From positions 1,672-65,671 of the forward strand of contig CAYLRE010000001.1 in NCBI GenBank assembly GCA_964385715.1: 64,000 nucleotides of DNA, in the 5' to 3' direction. This document shows, one piece after another, positions 8,368-17,347 of this stretch. The translations under genes were made by a program, and so were the position numbers. The notes beneath the pieces were generated by a model. That model was not told the DNA's origin, searched no databases, and saw only the letters and a list, made by a program, of their open reading frames with translations. Within the stretch, counting starts at the first letter, position 1. The number at the start of each line of letters is the position of its first letter. The DNA comes from an uncultured Planctomycetaceae bacterium. GTDB taxonomy: Bacteria > Planctomycetota > Planctomycetia > Pirellulales > UBA7805.

Positions 8368-10110
8368 CTATGGCACCAGCTCCGGAACCAAACGACGCAA
8401 TTCTTCTTTCAAATAAACCTTAATTTGGCGGGAGTTCTCCAGCGTCAATGCACGCTGAGCCACCGCCTCGCACTGCTCAATTCCAACACTGCGAACTGTT
8501 TTCTTAAGTTCCAAAATCACGCCCGGCGGCACGCTGAACTGACGCAGTCCCAGCCCCAGGAGCAACATCGTGTAGAGGGGATTGCCGCTCATCTGGCCGC
8601 ACAACGACACCGGCACCGAGGCGCCTTCAGCAGCTCTCATCACCATATCGATTTGACGAATCACCGCTGGATCGGCCGCCGTATAGAGGTCGGCAACGTC
8701 TTTATTGCCACGATCGACGGCCAACGTGTACTGCGTTAAGTCGTTCGTTCCAATGCTCAAGAAGTCGACTTCATCGACAAATCGATCGAGCATGAACACC
8801 ACCGATGGCACTTCCACCATCATGCCAACCGCCACGTCACGTTTGAATGGAACGCCGCTTTCCTCGAGATCCTCCATCACTTCGGAAAGGACCATCTTCG
8901 CCTGGCGTAATTCCATGAGCGTGCAGATCAACGGGAACATGATCTTCACGTTGCCCAAAACACTGGCTCGCAAGATCGCACGCAGCTGAATACGGAACAG
9001 CGACAGGTTTCGCAAGGAAAGGCGAATACTCCGCAGACCGAGCACCGGATTTCGTTCATCGTCTGGCCTGGGTAGGTGGGCCATCTTATCGGCACCCAGA
9101 TCCAGCGTACGAATGCAGACAGGCCGTTCTCCCATCGCCTGAATCACGCTGGCGTAGGCCTCGTAATGCACCTCTTCGGTCGGCTCTGCTTCGGCGCCAA
9201 GATACAGAAACTCCGTTCGATAGAGACCAATGCCATCGCTACCAGAGGCGGTACAAAGATCGACCTCGCCGGGGAATTCGATGTTGCCCGTGATGTCGAC
9301 CTTTACTCCGTCCGTCGTCTCGGCCGGTAAGTCTGCGAGCGGCGCCAGTCGCTTGGCCAGCGAGCGATGCTCTTCCGCTTCGTGGCGATAACGGGCTAGT
9401 GTTTCTTCGTCGGGCTCGATGATGATCGTGCCCATGTCGCCATCGATGATCACGACATCGCCACCGGAAACGTCGGTCAGGAAGGGCCCCACACCAACGA
9501 CCGCTGGAATTTGCAGACCCTCGGCGACGATCGCCGTATGGCTACCTGGGCCGCCGATTTCCGTACCAAAACCAAGCACGAATTCACGGTCCAAATTGGC
9601 GGTTTCGCTGGGCGTCAGGTCGTGGCCCAAGATGATCACGGGCGACGTTAGCTTCGAGAGTCCTTCGCGACGCTGCCCCAGCAGGTGACGCAGCAGACGC
9701 TTTTCGATGTCGAAAATGTCGCTGACCCGCTGGGCAACGAACGTGGCATCGAGAGAGCGAAAGACCTTGGCGTAGCGACGCAGCGTACGGCTCACGGCGT
9801 ATTCGGGCGAATATCGTCGTTCGCGAACGAGCTGTTCGACCTCACCATGCAAGCGAGGGTCACGGAGCATCTGTAAGTGAGCCTGAAAGATGCCGCCGTA
9901 GTGTTCGCCGAGCTCAAGAGAAATGGCATCGCGGTTCTTGGCGATTTCCTCGCCAGCCGCTTCCACGGCGGAACTTAGCCTGGCAAGCTCAGATTCGACT
10001 TCATCGCGCGCAACGAACCGTTGCGGAATGCGAAAGCCTTCCTGATCCAGGACAAGCGCCTCGGCGATGGCGACGCCGGACGAGACCGCGATACCTTCTA
10101 ATTTTTGCAT
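8368..10110 (-). CDS. ptsI: phosphoenolpyruvate-protein phosphotransferase (PTS enzyme I)
   Basis: The product is 580 aa. It contains GGPGSHTAIVAEG (the active-site His region), LYRTEFLY and SIGTNDLTQYTLAVDR. There is no N-terminal GAF domain. Confidence 0.9.
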   Translation of the reverse strand: MQKLEGIAVSSGVAIAEALVLDQEGFRIPQRFVARDEVESELARLSSAVEAAGEEIAKNRDAISLELGEHYGGIFQAHLQMLRDPRLHGEVEQLVRERRYSPEYAVSRTLRRYAKVFRSLDATFVAQRVSDIFDIEKRLLRHLLGQRREGLSKLTSPVIILGHDLTPSETANLDREFVLGFGTEIGGPGSHTAIVAEGLQIPAVVGVGPFLTDVSGGDVVIIDGDMGTIIIEPDEETLARYRHEAEEHRSLAKRLAPLADLPAETTDGVKVDITGNIEFPGEVDLCTASGSDGIGLYRTEFLYLGAEAEPTEEVHYEAYASVIQAMGERPVCIRTLDLGADKMAHLPRPDDERNPVLGLRSIRLSLRNLSLFRIQLRAILRASVLGNVKIMFPLICTLMELRQAKMVLSEVMEDLEESGVPFKRDVAVGMMVEVPSVVFMLDRFVDEVDFLSIGTNDLTQYTLAVDRGNKDVADLYTAADPAVIRQIDMVMRAAEGASVPVSLCGQMSGNPLYTMLLLGLGLRQFSVPPGVILELKKTVRSVGIEQCEAVAQRALTLENSRQIKVYLKEELRRLVPELVP

Positions 10111-10338
10111 ACCACGCCTTTACGGCGCCGCACAGCGCGAAACAACACGTCACGATTACGCCCGCAGGCGATTCCAATCGCGACGGCGCTTCGTCACTCC
10201 CGTGGTTCCACGTCCGCTCTCTCTAAAGTGAGCAACGCGGTTCCATGAGCGGAGCCGAGCGCTGTCGGCAAACATCTTTCCGGATCGCCTCAAGGCGCGT
10301 TTCATCGCGCCGAGCTTGCCGGGTTGTTTGCCGGTGGT

Positions 10339-10632
10339 TTAACTTTCAACTGTTTCGTCCGTGGCAAACTGGCTTTCGACCAGCTTGACCAACTCTTCCA
10401 GTGCCAGTTCGGCATCGCTGCCGACGGTTTCGATCTCCAACTCGGTGCCTTTTACCGCGGCGAGTGTGATGAGATCGAAGATACTCTTGCCATTGATCCG
10501 TTGGTTATCCTTGATCAAGGTAACTTCGGATTCGAATCGCGACGCACATTGCACGAACATGTCGGCGGGCCGCATATGCAACCCTTGTTCGTTCTGCACA
10601 ATCACAATTCGACTGGCTCGCTGTTGACTCAT
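10339..10632 (-). CDS. ptsH: HPr-family phosphocarrier protein
   Basis: QGLHMRPADMF supplies the His15 context and INGKSIFDLITLAA supplies the Ser46 context. The product is 97 aa. Confidence 0.9.
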   Translation of the reverse strand: MSQQRASRIVIVQNEQGLHMRPADMFVQCASRFESEVTLIKDNQRINGKSIFDLITLAAVKGTELEIETVGSDAELALEELVKLVESQFATDETVES

Positions 10633-10768
10633 ATCGTTTTGCTCGGTGCCCTCGCAGCAAAGCCACCGGACGGGAAATCTCTACGCGGGCTATCAAGACG
10701 GAAAAAAGCCGTGTCGGGGGCGGAAACCCTGTCGCTGACGAACGATTCGCCGGCGCGAGATCCGATCG

Positions 10769-11245
10769 CTATGACACAAACTGGTTATTGTCCGCCTCAA
10801 CCAGCAACTGCCAAATGTCTTCCGTCGTCTTCGACTGCTTGAGGAAACGACAGAACGTGTCGTCTCGCAGCTGGCGCGAAATGTTTTCGAGAGCACGCAA
10901 GTGATCGCCGGGGCGATCGGGGGGCGAAATCAGCAGGAAGAACAATTGCACTTTCTCGCCATCGAGGCTCTCGAAATCGAGCCCTTCAGGGCTGACGGCC
11001 ACTGTTCCGACCAACTTATCGACACTCGGGTGCTTGGTATGCGGAACGGCCACGCCGCGTCCGATGCCCGTGCTACCCAACTCTTCGCGGCGAAGAATCG
11101 CTTTCACAATGCTTTCGAGTTCGCTTTCCTCGATCGCACCAGTGGCGGCCAAAGCGCCTGCCATTTCGCGAATCACGCCTTCTTTATCCTCTGCGGTGAG
11201 TTCGGCACGAATCGAATCGCCGTGAATAAAGTCCGCAAATTTCAT
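10769..11245 (-). CDS. ptsN: PTS IIA-Ntr-type regulatory protein
   Basis: I use the internal ATG at 11245 of ORF 10769-11371. The sequence is MKFADFIHGDSI...ELGSTGIGRGVAVPHTKH, which carries the phosphorylatable His motif. Confidence 0.85.
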   Translation of the reverse strand: MKFADFIHGDSIRAELTAEDKEGVIREMAGALAATGAIEESELESIVKAILRREELGSTGIGRGVAVPHTKHPSVDKLVGTVAVSPEGLDFESLDGEKVQLFFLLISPPDRPGDHLRALENISRQLRDDTFCRFLKQSKTTEDIWQLLVEADNNQFVS

Positions 11246-11480
11246 AGGACTCTTCCTTTCTCGTAATGTATCTTCGTTCGTAGCGGTGCGGAAATCGCCC
11301 GTGATGGTTTTCCAAGCCGTGGTATTCCGAGTCGCAATACCCCGGCAGGGCAGACGAGTCTCGCAACACACGGTCTACGACGTGGAGCTCTCAGCCGGTT
11401 CGGGTAAATGCGTCTGTCTCTGACGAATCACCCTGAACGCAAGGCTCGAGAACGCGCGCCACTGGGACCAGCCACGGGAG

Positions 11481-11858
11481 CTAGTCGTCGTAGACATCGG
11501 CGTCGCCGATCTCCGCATCGGCATCGCCCGCAGGCGACATCTCTTGACCTTTACCCGACACGCGGTGCCGGTTCTGAACCTTTTCCTTGTATTTACGCAG
11601 CTGCTGTTCCAGTTTGCTAATTGCCGAATCGAGAGAAGCGGCCAGCGTCGACTCCTGGCCGGTGGCCACAAAATCATGCTTGTGCTCGGCCGAGACACGC
11701 AGATCGACCGTGGGCGATTCTTCGTGTTCTAGATCGACCGTAACCTCAATCGAGGTTAAGCGTTCAAAGAATCGTTCCAGCTTCTCAACTTTGCTGGTAA
11801 TCCTAGCCTGACTCTCGCTGCTCAAATGACCATGGCGGGTCGAAACGTTGATCTGCAC
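11481..11858 (-). CDS. hpf: ribosome hibernation promoting factor (HPF/RaiA family)
   Basis: The sequence is MQINVSTRHGHLSSESQARITSKVEKLERFF...IEVTVDLEHE. The start is a GTG preceded by AGGAGG at an 8-nt spacing. Confidence 0.85.
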   Translation of the reverse strand: MQINVSTRHGHLSSESQARITSKVEKLERFFERLTSIEVTVDLEHEESPTVDLRVSAEHKHDFVATGQESTLAASLDSAISKLEQQLRKYKEKVQNRHRVSGKGQEMSPAGDADAEIGDADVYDD

Positions 11859-11940
11859 TCGCTAAGCCTCCTGACTCGCCAAGCACCGCCGAGGACGAAA
11901 ACACCGCTCTCGGGCCGCTTTAGCGTTCACCAAACCCCAT

Positions 11941-11969
11941 ATTCTACCGCGACAGGCGGCCGGCCACAA
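11941..11969 (-). promoter_or_regulatory. candidate sigma70-type promoter for hpf-ptsN
   Basis: The minus strand reads TTGTGG-N17-TAGAAT about 80 nt upstream of the hpf start. This is pattern recognition only. Confidence 0.3.
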
Positions 11970-12275
11970 ATGGCAAAACCCCGCTCACGGAGCCGCCTGT
12001 GACGGGCTCATTCATTGTATCGCTCCCCCGCGACCGGGGTAAATGGCCAGGACAATTTTGTCCCAACCGGGGACGTTTCTGCCGCTCTAGGCCACGCTCT
12101 CTATCGGCAGTTTCACCCCACGGCAACTCAGAACTAAGCAAGTCGCAAGGCCAGATCGCCCAAAGAGCCCACACGCGCGATGCCACCTAGAACACAAAAT
12201 CCCCCTCGCCTAGAGGATGTGCTACCCACAATCACCTACTCCCCAAGGGCGACAAATGGCAAGCAGGCCCGCTCA

Positions 12276-13877
12276 TCAGCCTGTCCCCAACAGCTTCCCC
12301 ACCGTCGCCCAGACCGCCCAAGCAGCAAAGAACCCAAAGAACCCGGTCGTGGCGATCATGGTCAACTGCCGTGGGCGGCTCATGCGGATCGCCGCCGGCA
12401 GCCGTCGACGATTCAGAACCAGCAGCGCCGCGCAGTACAGGAACATCACCACGCCGTTGAGGGCAGCGGCCGCCTTCACCAGATGAAAACCGCTCACATC
12501 GCCACCTTGCCACAGCAGCAGCGCCGAGCCACCGAGGATCATCGACCACAGGGCGGCCCCGTAAATGCGGCTTTCGGTCCAGTTCGCACTGTCCCGGAGC
12601 CAGTTCACCTTGACTAGATCGGCGGTGATTCGAGAAGTTGCGTCGAGCACGCAAAGTTCCGTCGTGAACAAGATCACGACTCCCATGACCAGGAAAAGTG
12701 TCTGGAAAGTGCCGCCTAGGTGCTGAGCCTGATGCCAGACGAACTCCAGCTTGCCGAGCTGCTCCGCCTCCGCCCCGCCTTCGATGCGGCTACCGTTCTC
12801 GTAAAACACGCTATAGGTCAGAAGCGACAACAGCACCAAACAGATCACACACGTCATGAAGAAACTAAAGAAGTGCTCCCACGACGCCCGTCGCCACCAC
12901 GACCTCCAACGAGTCAGGTTTTCCTCCGTGGCCGGGAAGTGGTAACCAACCTCGCTCTGGGCCTCGCTCTGTCCGGTGATGGGGCTCGTGATGCGACCGA
13001 TGTAATGGCCCATCCCGTAGCCCTTGTCCTTGATGTAGTTGCTCTGACCCAGGTTGAGCGTGCCACCGACGCCGGCAAAGGCCAACGCCCCCAACAGCAT
13101 CATGGCGTCGATCGGACTGTTCTCGCGACTGATGTCAGGAATGCCCGCATCTCGCCACAGCCCACCCACGAGTGCCGACACCGCATCGGGTCGCACAAAA
13201 TTGATCGCCAGCACCACGACCAGCGTCAGAATCAGGCCGACAAGCAACATCTGGGCCTTCTCAACCGTCTCATACACAACCGGGCCAGCGGTGAGAATGA
13301 TTCCGCACAACAGCAGACTCGCGATCGCCAGTGGACCCACGTAGGGAGCCACCGCCGTCGAGCCAGCCGCGTTGGCTGCGGCCGCCTGTTCCGGCCAGAG
13401 CAGCCAGCTAAGCACCTCGGCCCCGGCGGTCGACCAGGCAGGAATGAACCAGGGCAGAATATTGCAGGCCATCAAGGTCCAGCCCCAATGCCGCGACATG
13501 CGACAGAAGCCAGTGATAGCGCTCTCACCCGTGGCCAGTGTCCAACGGGTTATCTCCATGTTGATGAAGTACTGCATCGTGACGCCGACGATGCAGGCCC
13601 AAAAGAAGATGAACCCCACGTGGAAGGTGATCTTGGGCCAGATGATGAACTCACCACTGCCGAGAGCCAGCCCGGCTAGGATGATGCTGGGCCCAATCAT
13701 CCGCCGCATCGGAACCGCCGGCGGCAAATCGCGATACTCCATGGCCGGCAATTGCCCGGCCGGAATCACGTCGTCGGGAACCTTGGAGCTAGTAGCCGTC
13801 GAATTGGTCGCCACAGCGGCCGCCTCGGTGGCATCGTCGGGGAGAGGATTGTCTGTCGTCACGCCTGCGTCATCCAT
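12276..13877 (-). CDS. polytopic membrane transporter, Nramp-like (putative divalent-metal transporter)
   Basis: The protein has at least 10 hydrophobic segments. GPSIILAGLALGSGEFIIWP...MQYFINMEITRWTLATGES resembles distant Nramp-family members. The start is uncertain; the track ORF extends to 13913. Confidence 0.5.
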   Translation of the reverse strand: MDDAGVTTDNPLPDDATEAAAVATNSTATSSKVPDDVIPAGQLPAMEYRDLPPAVPMRRMIGPSIILAGLALGSGEFIIWPKITFHVGFIFFWACIVGVTMQYFINMEITRWTLATGESAITGFCRMSRHWGWTLMACNILPWFIPAWSTAGAEVLSWLLWPEQAAAANAAGSTAVAPYVGPLAIASLLLCGIILTAGPVVYETVEKAQMLLVGLILTLVVVLAINFVRPDAVSALVGGLWRDAGIPDISRENSPIDAMMLLGALAFAGVGGTLNLGQSNYIKDKGYGMGHYIGRITSPITGQSEAQSEVGYHFPATEENLTRWRSWWRRASWEHFFSFFMTCVICLVLLSLLTYSVFYENGSRIEGGAEAEQLGKLEFVWHQAQHLGGTFQTLFLVMGVVILFTTELCVLDATSRITADLVKVNWLRDSANWTESRIYGAALWSMILGGSALLLWQGGDVSGFHLVKAAAALNGVVMFLYCAALLVLNRRRLPAAIRMSRPRQLTMIATTGFFGFFAAWAVWATVGKLLGTG

Positions 13878-14207
13878 CCTGTGAGAGCATCGTGCTTGCG
13901 CCATAATCGGCAACTACGCCACCGATAGGCACGCCGTGCAACCGCCGGAGGCACGCCGATTGTAGCCCGTCTGCGGGCAGTATCAAGAAAAAAGACGCGA
14001 TTTGTGGCGGTGATTCGCAGTTCCCAACGTCCGCTCGAGACGCCAGCGGGGACCGCCGGGCACCTTCTCGTTGCCTGCCAAATCGACTACCGTGGTCGGT
14101 TTCACACCGAGTCGATTTTGGCGACGGGACGGTGCAAAAAAAGCGCCCCGCCGCCGCTGCCCCGCCCCTCCTCCCTCGAACTGCCACCGCAAGGTGCGAA
14201 CTGAATC

Positions 14208-15482
14208 ATGTCAGACGCCAACTGCTTTCCACCGCTGAGAACTGAAATCGCCGGAGTCAACATCCGCGAACTTGCCGAGATGGGTGATACCCCGGTGTTC
14301 GTCTACGACGCCGCCAAGATGCGTGAACGACTCGCGCAGCTCGAACCTTTTGACGTTGTTCGCTACGCCCAAAAGGCCTGCTCCAACCTGGCGGTGCTCG
14401 ACCTGTTGCGTCGTGGTGGTGCCGTTGTCGACGCCGTAAGTGCTGGCGAAATTCGACGAGCCTTGGCCGCTGGTTACACCACCGAAGGGGATGTGCCTCC
14501 GATCGTTTACACGGCCGACATCTTCGACGCCGAGGCTCTCGACCTGGTTGCCGAGCATGGTCTGCACGTGAACTGCGGATCCCGTGACATGCTTTCCCAA
14601 CTCGCCGAGCGCGTACCGGGTGCCTCGGTGACGCTGCGGCTCAACCCCGGTTTCGGCCACGGCCACAGCCAGAAGACCAACACCGGTGGACCACAGTCGA
14701 AGCACGGTATCTGGCACGAAGAGCTGGAAGAATGCTTGCAGGTGGCGATCCATCACGGCCTCACCGTCAGCGGTCTGCACATGCACATCGGCTCCGGCAC
14801 CGACATGGAACATCTCAGCCAGGTTGCCGCCGCGATGGAAGCCGCCGCACGCCAGGTCGGCCGCACGCTAACTTCGATCAGCGCCGGAGGCGGACTGCCG
14901 ACGCCCTACAAGGCAGGCGACGAAGAAGTCGATGTCACCGCTTACTACGAACTGTGGAACGCCATGCGTTCACGTCTGGCCGAAGAGTTTGGTCACCCGA
15001 TCAGTTTGGAGATCGAGCCGGGTCGATTCCTATCGGCCGAAGCCGGATACCTGGTCACGGAGATTCGCGCCATCAAGCAGATGGGCGAGAACACCTTCTA
15101 CCTCGTCGATGCCGGTTTCAATAACCTGGCCCGTCCGATCCTTTACGGTGCCTACCACCCGATGTCGATCGTGCCAAACGATGGTGCCGCTGAGCGGACC
15201 ACGCATCCCGTGATTGTCGGTGGACCACTCTGCGAGTCGGGCGACATCTTCACGCAAGAAGAAGGTGGCTTCGTCGCCTCCCGTGAGTTGCCACTGGCGT
15301 CGGTCGGCGAACTGCTGGTCATCGAGTGTGCTGGCGCCTACGGTTCTGTGATGGGCAGCAACTACAACTCGAAACCGCTGGCGGCGGAAATCTTGATTGA
15401 AGATGGAACGCCCCACGTTGTTCGTGCCCGTCAGACGTTTGAAGACATCGTCCGTGGCGAAGTGATTCCGTCGCGCGGTTGA
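14208..15482 (+). CDS. lysA: diaminopimelate decarboxylase
   Basis: The product is 424 aa. It contains TPVFVYD...VRYAQKACSN (the PLP Lys), GFGHGHS, EPGRFL and GPLCESGD. Confidence 0.9.
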   Translation: MSDANCFPPLRTEIAGVNIRELAEMGDTPVFVYDAAKMRERLAQLEPFDVVRYAQKACSNLAVLDLLRRGGAVVDAVSAGEIRRALAAGYTTEGDVPPIVYTADIFDAEALDLVAEHGLHVNCGSRDMLSQLAERVPGASVTLRLNPGFGHGHSQKTNTGGPQSKHGIWHEELEECLQVAIHHGLTVSGLHMHIGSGTDMEHLSQVAAAMEAAARQVGRTLTSISAGGGLPTPYKAGDEEVDVTAYYELWNAMRSRLAEEFGHPISLEIEPGRFLSAEAGYLVTEIRAIKQMGENTFYLVDAGFNNLARPILYGAYHPMSIVPNDGAAERTTHPVIVGGPLCESGDIFTQEEGGFVASRELPLASVGELLVIECAGAYGSVMGSNYNSKPLAAEILIEDGTPHVVRARQTFEDIVRGEVIPSRG

Positions 15483-15534
15483 CCTCAGAACCGCGTGTTT
15501 TGCCGCGGAGTTCTTTGCCCGAAAACAGGACGAC

Positions 15535-15570
15535 AAAAAAACCCCGACGGTGCGTGCGACACCGCCGGGG
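15535..15570 (-). terminator. strong intrinsic terminator oriented for the minus strand (no annotated minus-strand gene upstream of it)
   Basis: The minus strand reads CCCCGGCGGTG-tcgcacg-CACCGTCGGGG (an 11-bp stem with one mismatch) followed by TTTTTTT. On the + strand the run of A precedes the hairpin. Confidence 0.6.
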
Positions 15571-15950
15571 CCTAATCGGAATGACAGATGCTAGTGCAGT
15601 CTTGAGAAGAACAGCCTTGCATTCCTGACGTAACGATGATCGATCGTGAAAAGGGCGTCAACGATTTCGCAAATTTTTTTTGAATTGAGTTTTGGACGAA
15701 TCAAATTCGCTGTGACCGGCCTCATTGGCAATCGCCGAACGAGCGTCGAAAATCGGCAGAGTGAAGCCCTCGGTCAGAGGGGACGAATCGCGTCAAAGAT
15801 CGGCTAGGCCAGTGGCCGATGAAATCGTATGATTCGCTGAATACTCGACTTACGAACAGCCGCCGGCGGTCGTGACGAGCAGCCTATCAATCGATTAGAA
15901 TCGAAAGCTCAGCCGACGGATCGCAATTGGCCCAATCAGCATGAATTTTT

Positions 15951-15995
15951 GTAGGTTTGCGGTAGTTGATTCGTAGTTGATTAGTAACAGTTGAT
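15951..15995 (+). promoter_or_regulatory. 11-bp-phased direct repeats upstream of the ferredoxin gene
   Basis: GTAGGTTTGC lies at 15951, GTAGTTGATT at 15962, an identical GTAGTTGATT at 15973, and a weaker cAGTTGATc at 15988. The array sits 75-120 bp upstream of the ATG at 16069, within an AT-richer 585-bp intergenic region. Confidence 0.4.
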
Positions 15996-16068
15996 CGGTC
16001 GAGCCGGCCGCTAGCAACGATAAACGAACGTTAGAAAATCTCTTCGAGCAATCAAGGTCGGATCCACC

Positions 16069-16494
16069 ATGGCCACGGACACGGAAAAAAAGCCAGCCAA
16101 GAAAAAAGCTCCTCGCAAGAAGGTGCCGAAGGAACTGGCGGTCATCAACGCGGACAACTGCACCGGCTGCGAGTCGTGTTTAGAGGTCTGCCCCGTCGAT
16201 TGCATCGAACTCAAATCGATCAACCGCGGCGTTGTGAAGGGAACGCAGCAGTGGTGTGAGATCGATATCGAGCGCTGCGTCGGTTGCGAAGTCTGCGTTC
16301 ATATTCCGCAGAAGAAGTCGAACCCTTACGAGTTGACCGTCTGCCCTTGGAACGCCATCGAGATGGTCCCCACGCTCAACGTGGCCCAAGTCGTGGCCCA
16401 GATCGGCGGTCCCCCGGATTACATCTACGAGAACTGGGACCGACTCGTCGGCTCCGCTCAACATCTGGCCGAACTCAAGGCCGAAGCCGGCTAA
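16069..16494 (+). CDS. 4Fe-4S dicluster ferredoxin-domain protein with Lys-rich N-terminal tail
   Basis: Two cluster motifs are present: CTGCESCLEVCP and CVGCEVCVHIP...CPWNA. The N-terminus is MATDTEKKPAKKKAPRKKVPK. Confidence 0.75.
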   Translation: MATDTEKKPAKKKAPRKKVPKELAVINADNCTGCESCLEVCPVDCIELKSINRGVVKGTQQWCEIDIERCVGCEVCVHIPQKKSNPYELTVCPWNAIEMVPTLNVAQVVAQIGGPPDYIYENWDRLVGSAQHLAELKAEAG

Positions 16495-16582
16495 CGGCGC
16501 AAAGCGCTTGGCCTCCTTTTGCTTGACGACCGATTCGCGGTCGCCCATGCGCTCATTCGAGTACGCTCAAGCTCGTTCAGCT

Positions 16583-17257
16583 TCAATGCAAACCGAACAT
16601 GCGATGCACGACGCCAAGCGAGAATCGCAGACCGGCCCCTGCACCAATCAACAGCACGAAGAAATTGCGCTCGCCTTCCTCTCGACCCGGTTCGGAAAAC
16701 GCCCACCAGACGAGCGTTCCCAGACCGATGAGAATCGGAATCCCCAACAGCGGCATCTGCAAGTCGAAACGGACGGCAGCCCCACCCGATGCAGCAAACG
16801 TGTAGAACAACAACACGACGCTTGAGAGAATCGTGATCGCGTCGGGCGCCGACCAACCAATCATGCGGCAGAGAAACGCCGTTACGTAGATCGCTAACAT
16901 CATGCTGATCGCCAGATGGCGACCGGTCGCCAAGAAATAGGCGATCACCGGCGGGCAGACAATTCCCAACACGATCGCATTGAGCTCTAGATCCGAGTCC
17001 CCCGCGATCAGCCGTTCGACCGCGAACAGAAACGCCACGACGAAGGTCAACATCAGCATCGTCGCGATCGTGAATTGAGGGGGATTCGCTTCCTCCTCTT
17101 CGTCGTAGCCGAACGGGACGTCGGAGATTTTGTTCTCCGGCTCGTCCGCCTCCTGGTCGGCTAGCCAAAGATCTTCGGTCACAGGCCGCTTCGTTAGCGC
17201 GTCCTCGAGCGGAATATCAGATTCGTCGTCCTCAGACCGGAGCTTATCGTCGGTCAT
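16583..17257 (-). CDS. hypothetical integral membrane protein with acidic N-terminal region
   Basis: I use the internal ATG at 17257. The acidic N-terminus (MTDDKLRSEDDESDIPLEDA...) is followed by about 5 hydrophobic helices. I recognise no family. Confidence 0.5.
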   Translation of the reverse strand: MTDDKLRSEDDESDIPLEDALTKRPVTEDLWLADQEADEPENKISDVPFGYDEEEEANPPQFTIATMLMLTFVVAFLFAVERLIAGDSDLELNAIVLGIVCPPVIAYFLATGRHLAISMMLAIYVTAFLCRMIGWSAPDAITILSSVVLLFYTFAASGGAAVRFDLQMPLLGIPILIGLGTLVWWAFSEPGREEGERNFFVLLIGAGAGLRFSLGVVHRMFGLH

Positions 17258-17347
17258 GATCGACCTCTCGCTGCCCACCAAGTAAGCGCGCATCTCAAAC
17301 GTAGCGAAACTAGCACGCCTTTAGCCGAGCACCTTCTCACCGCGAGC

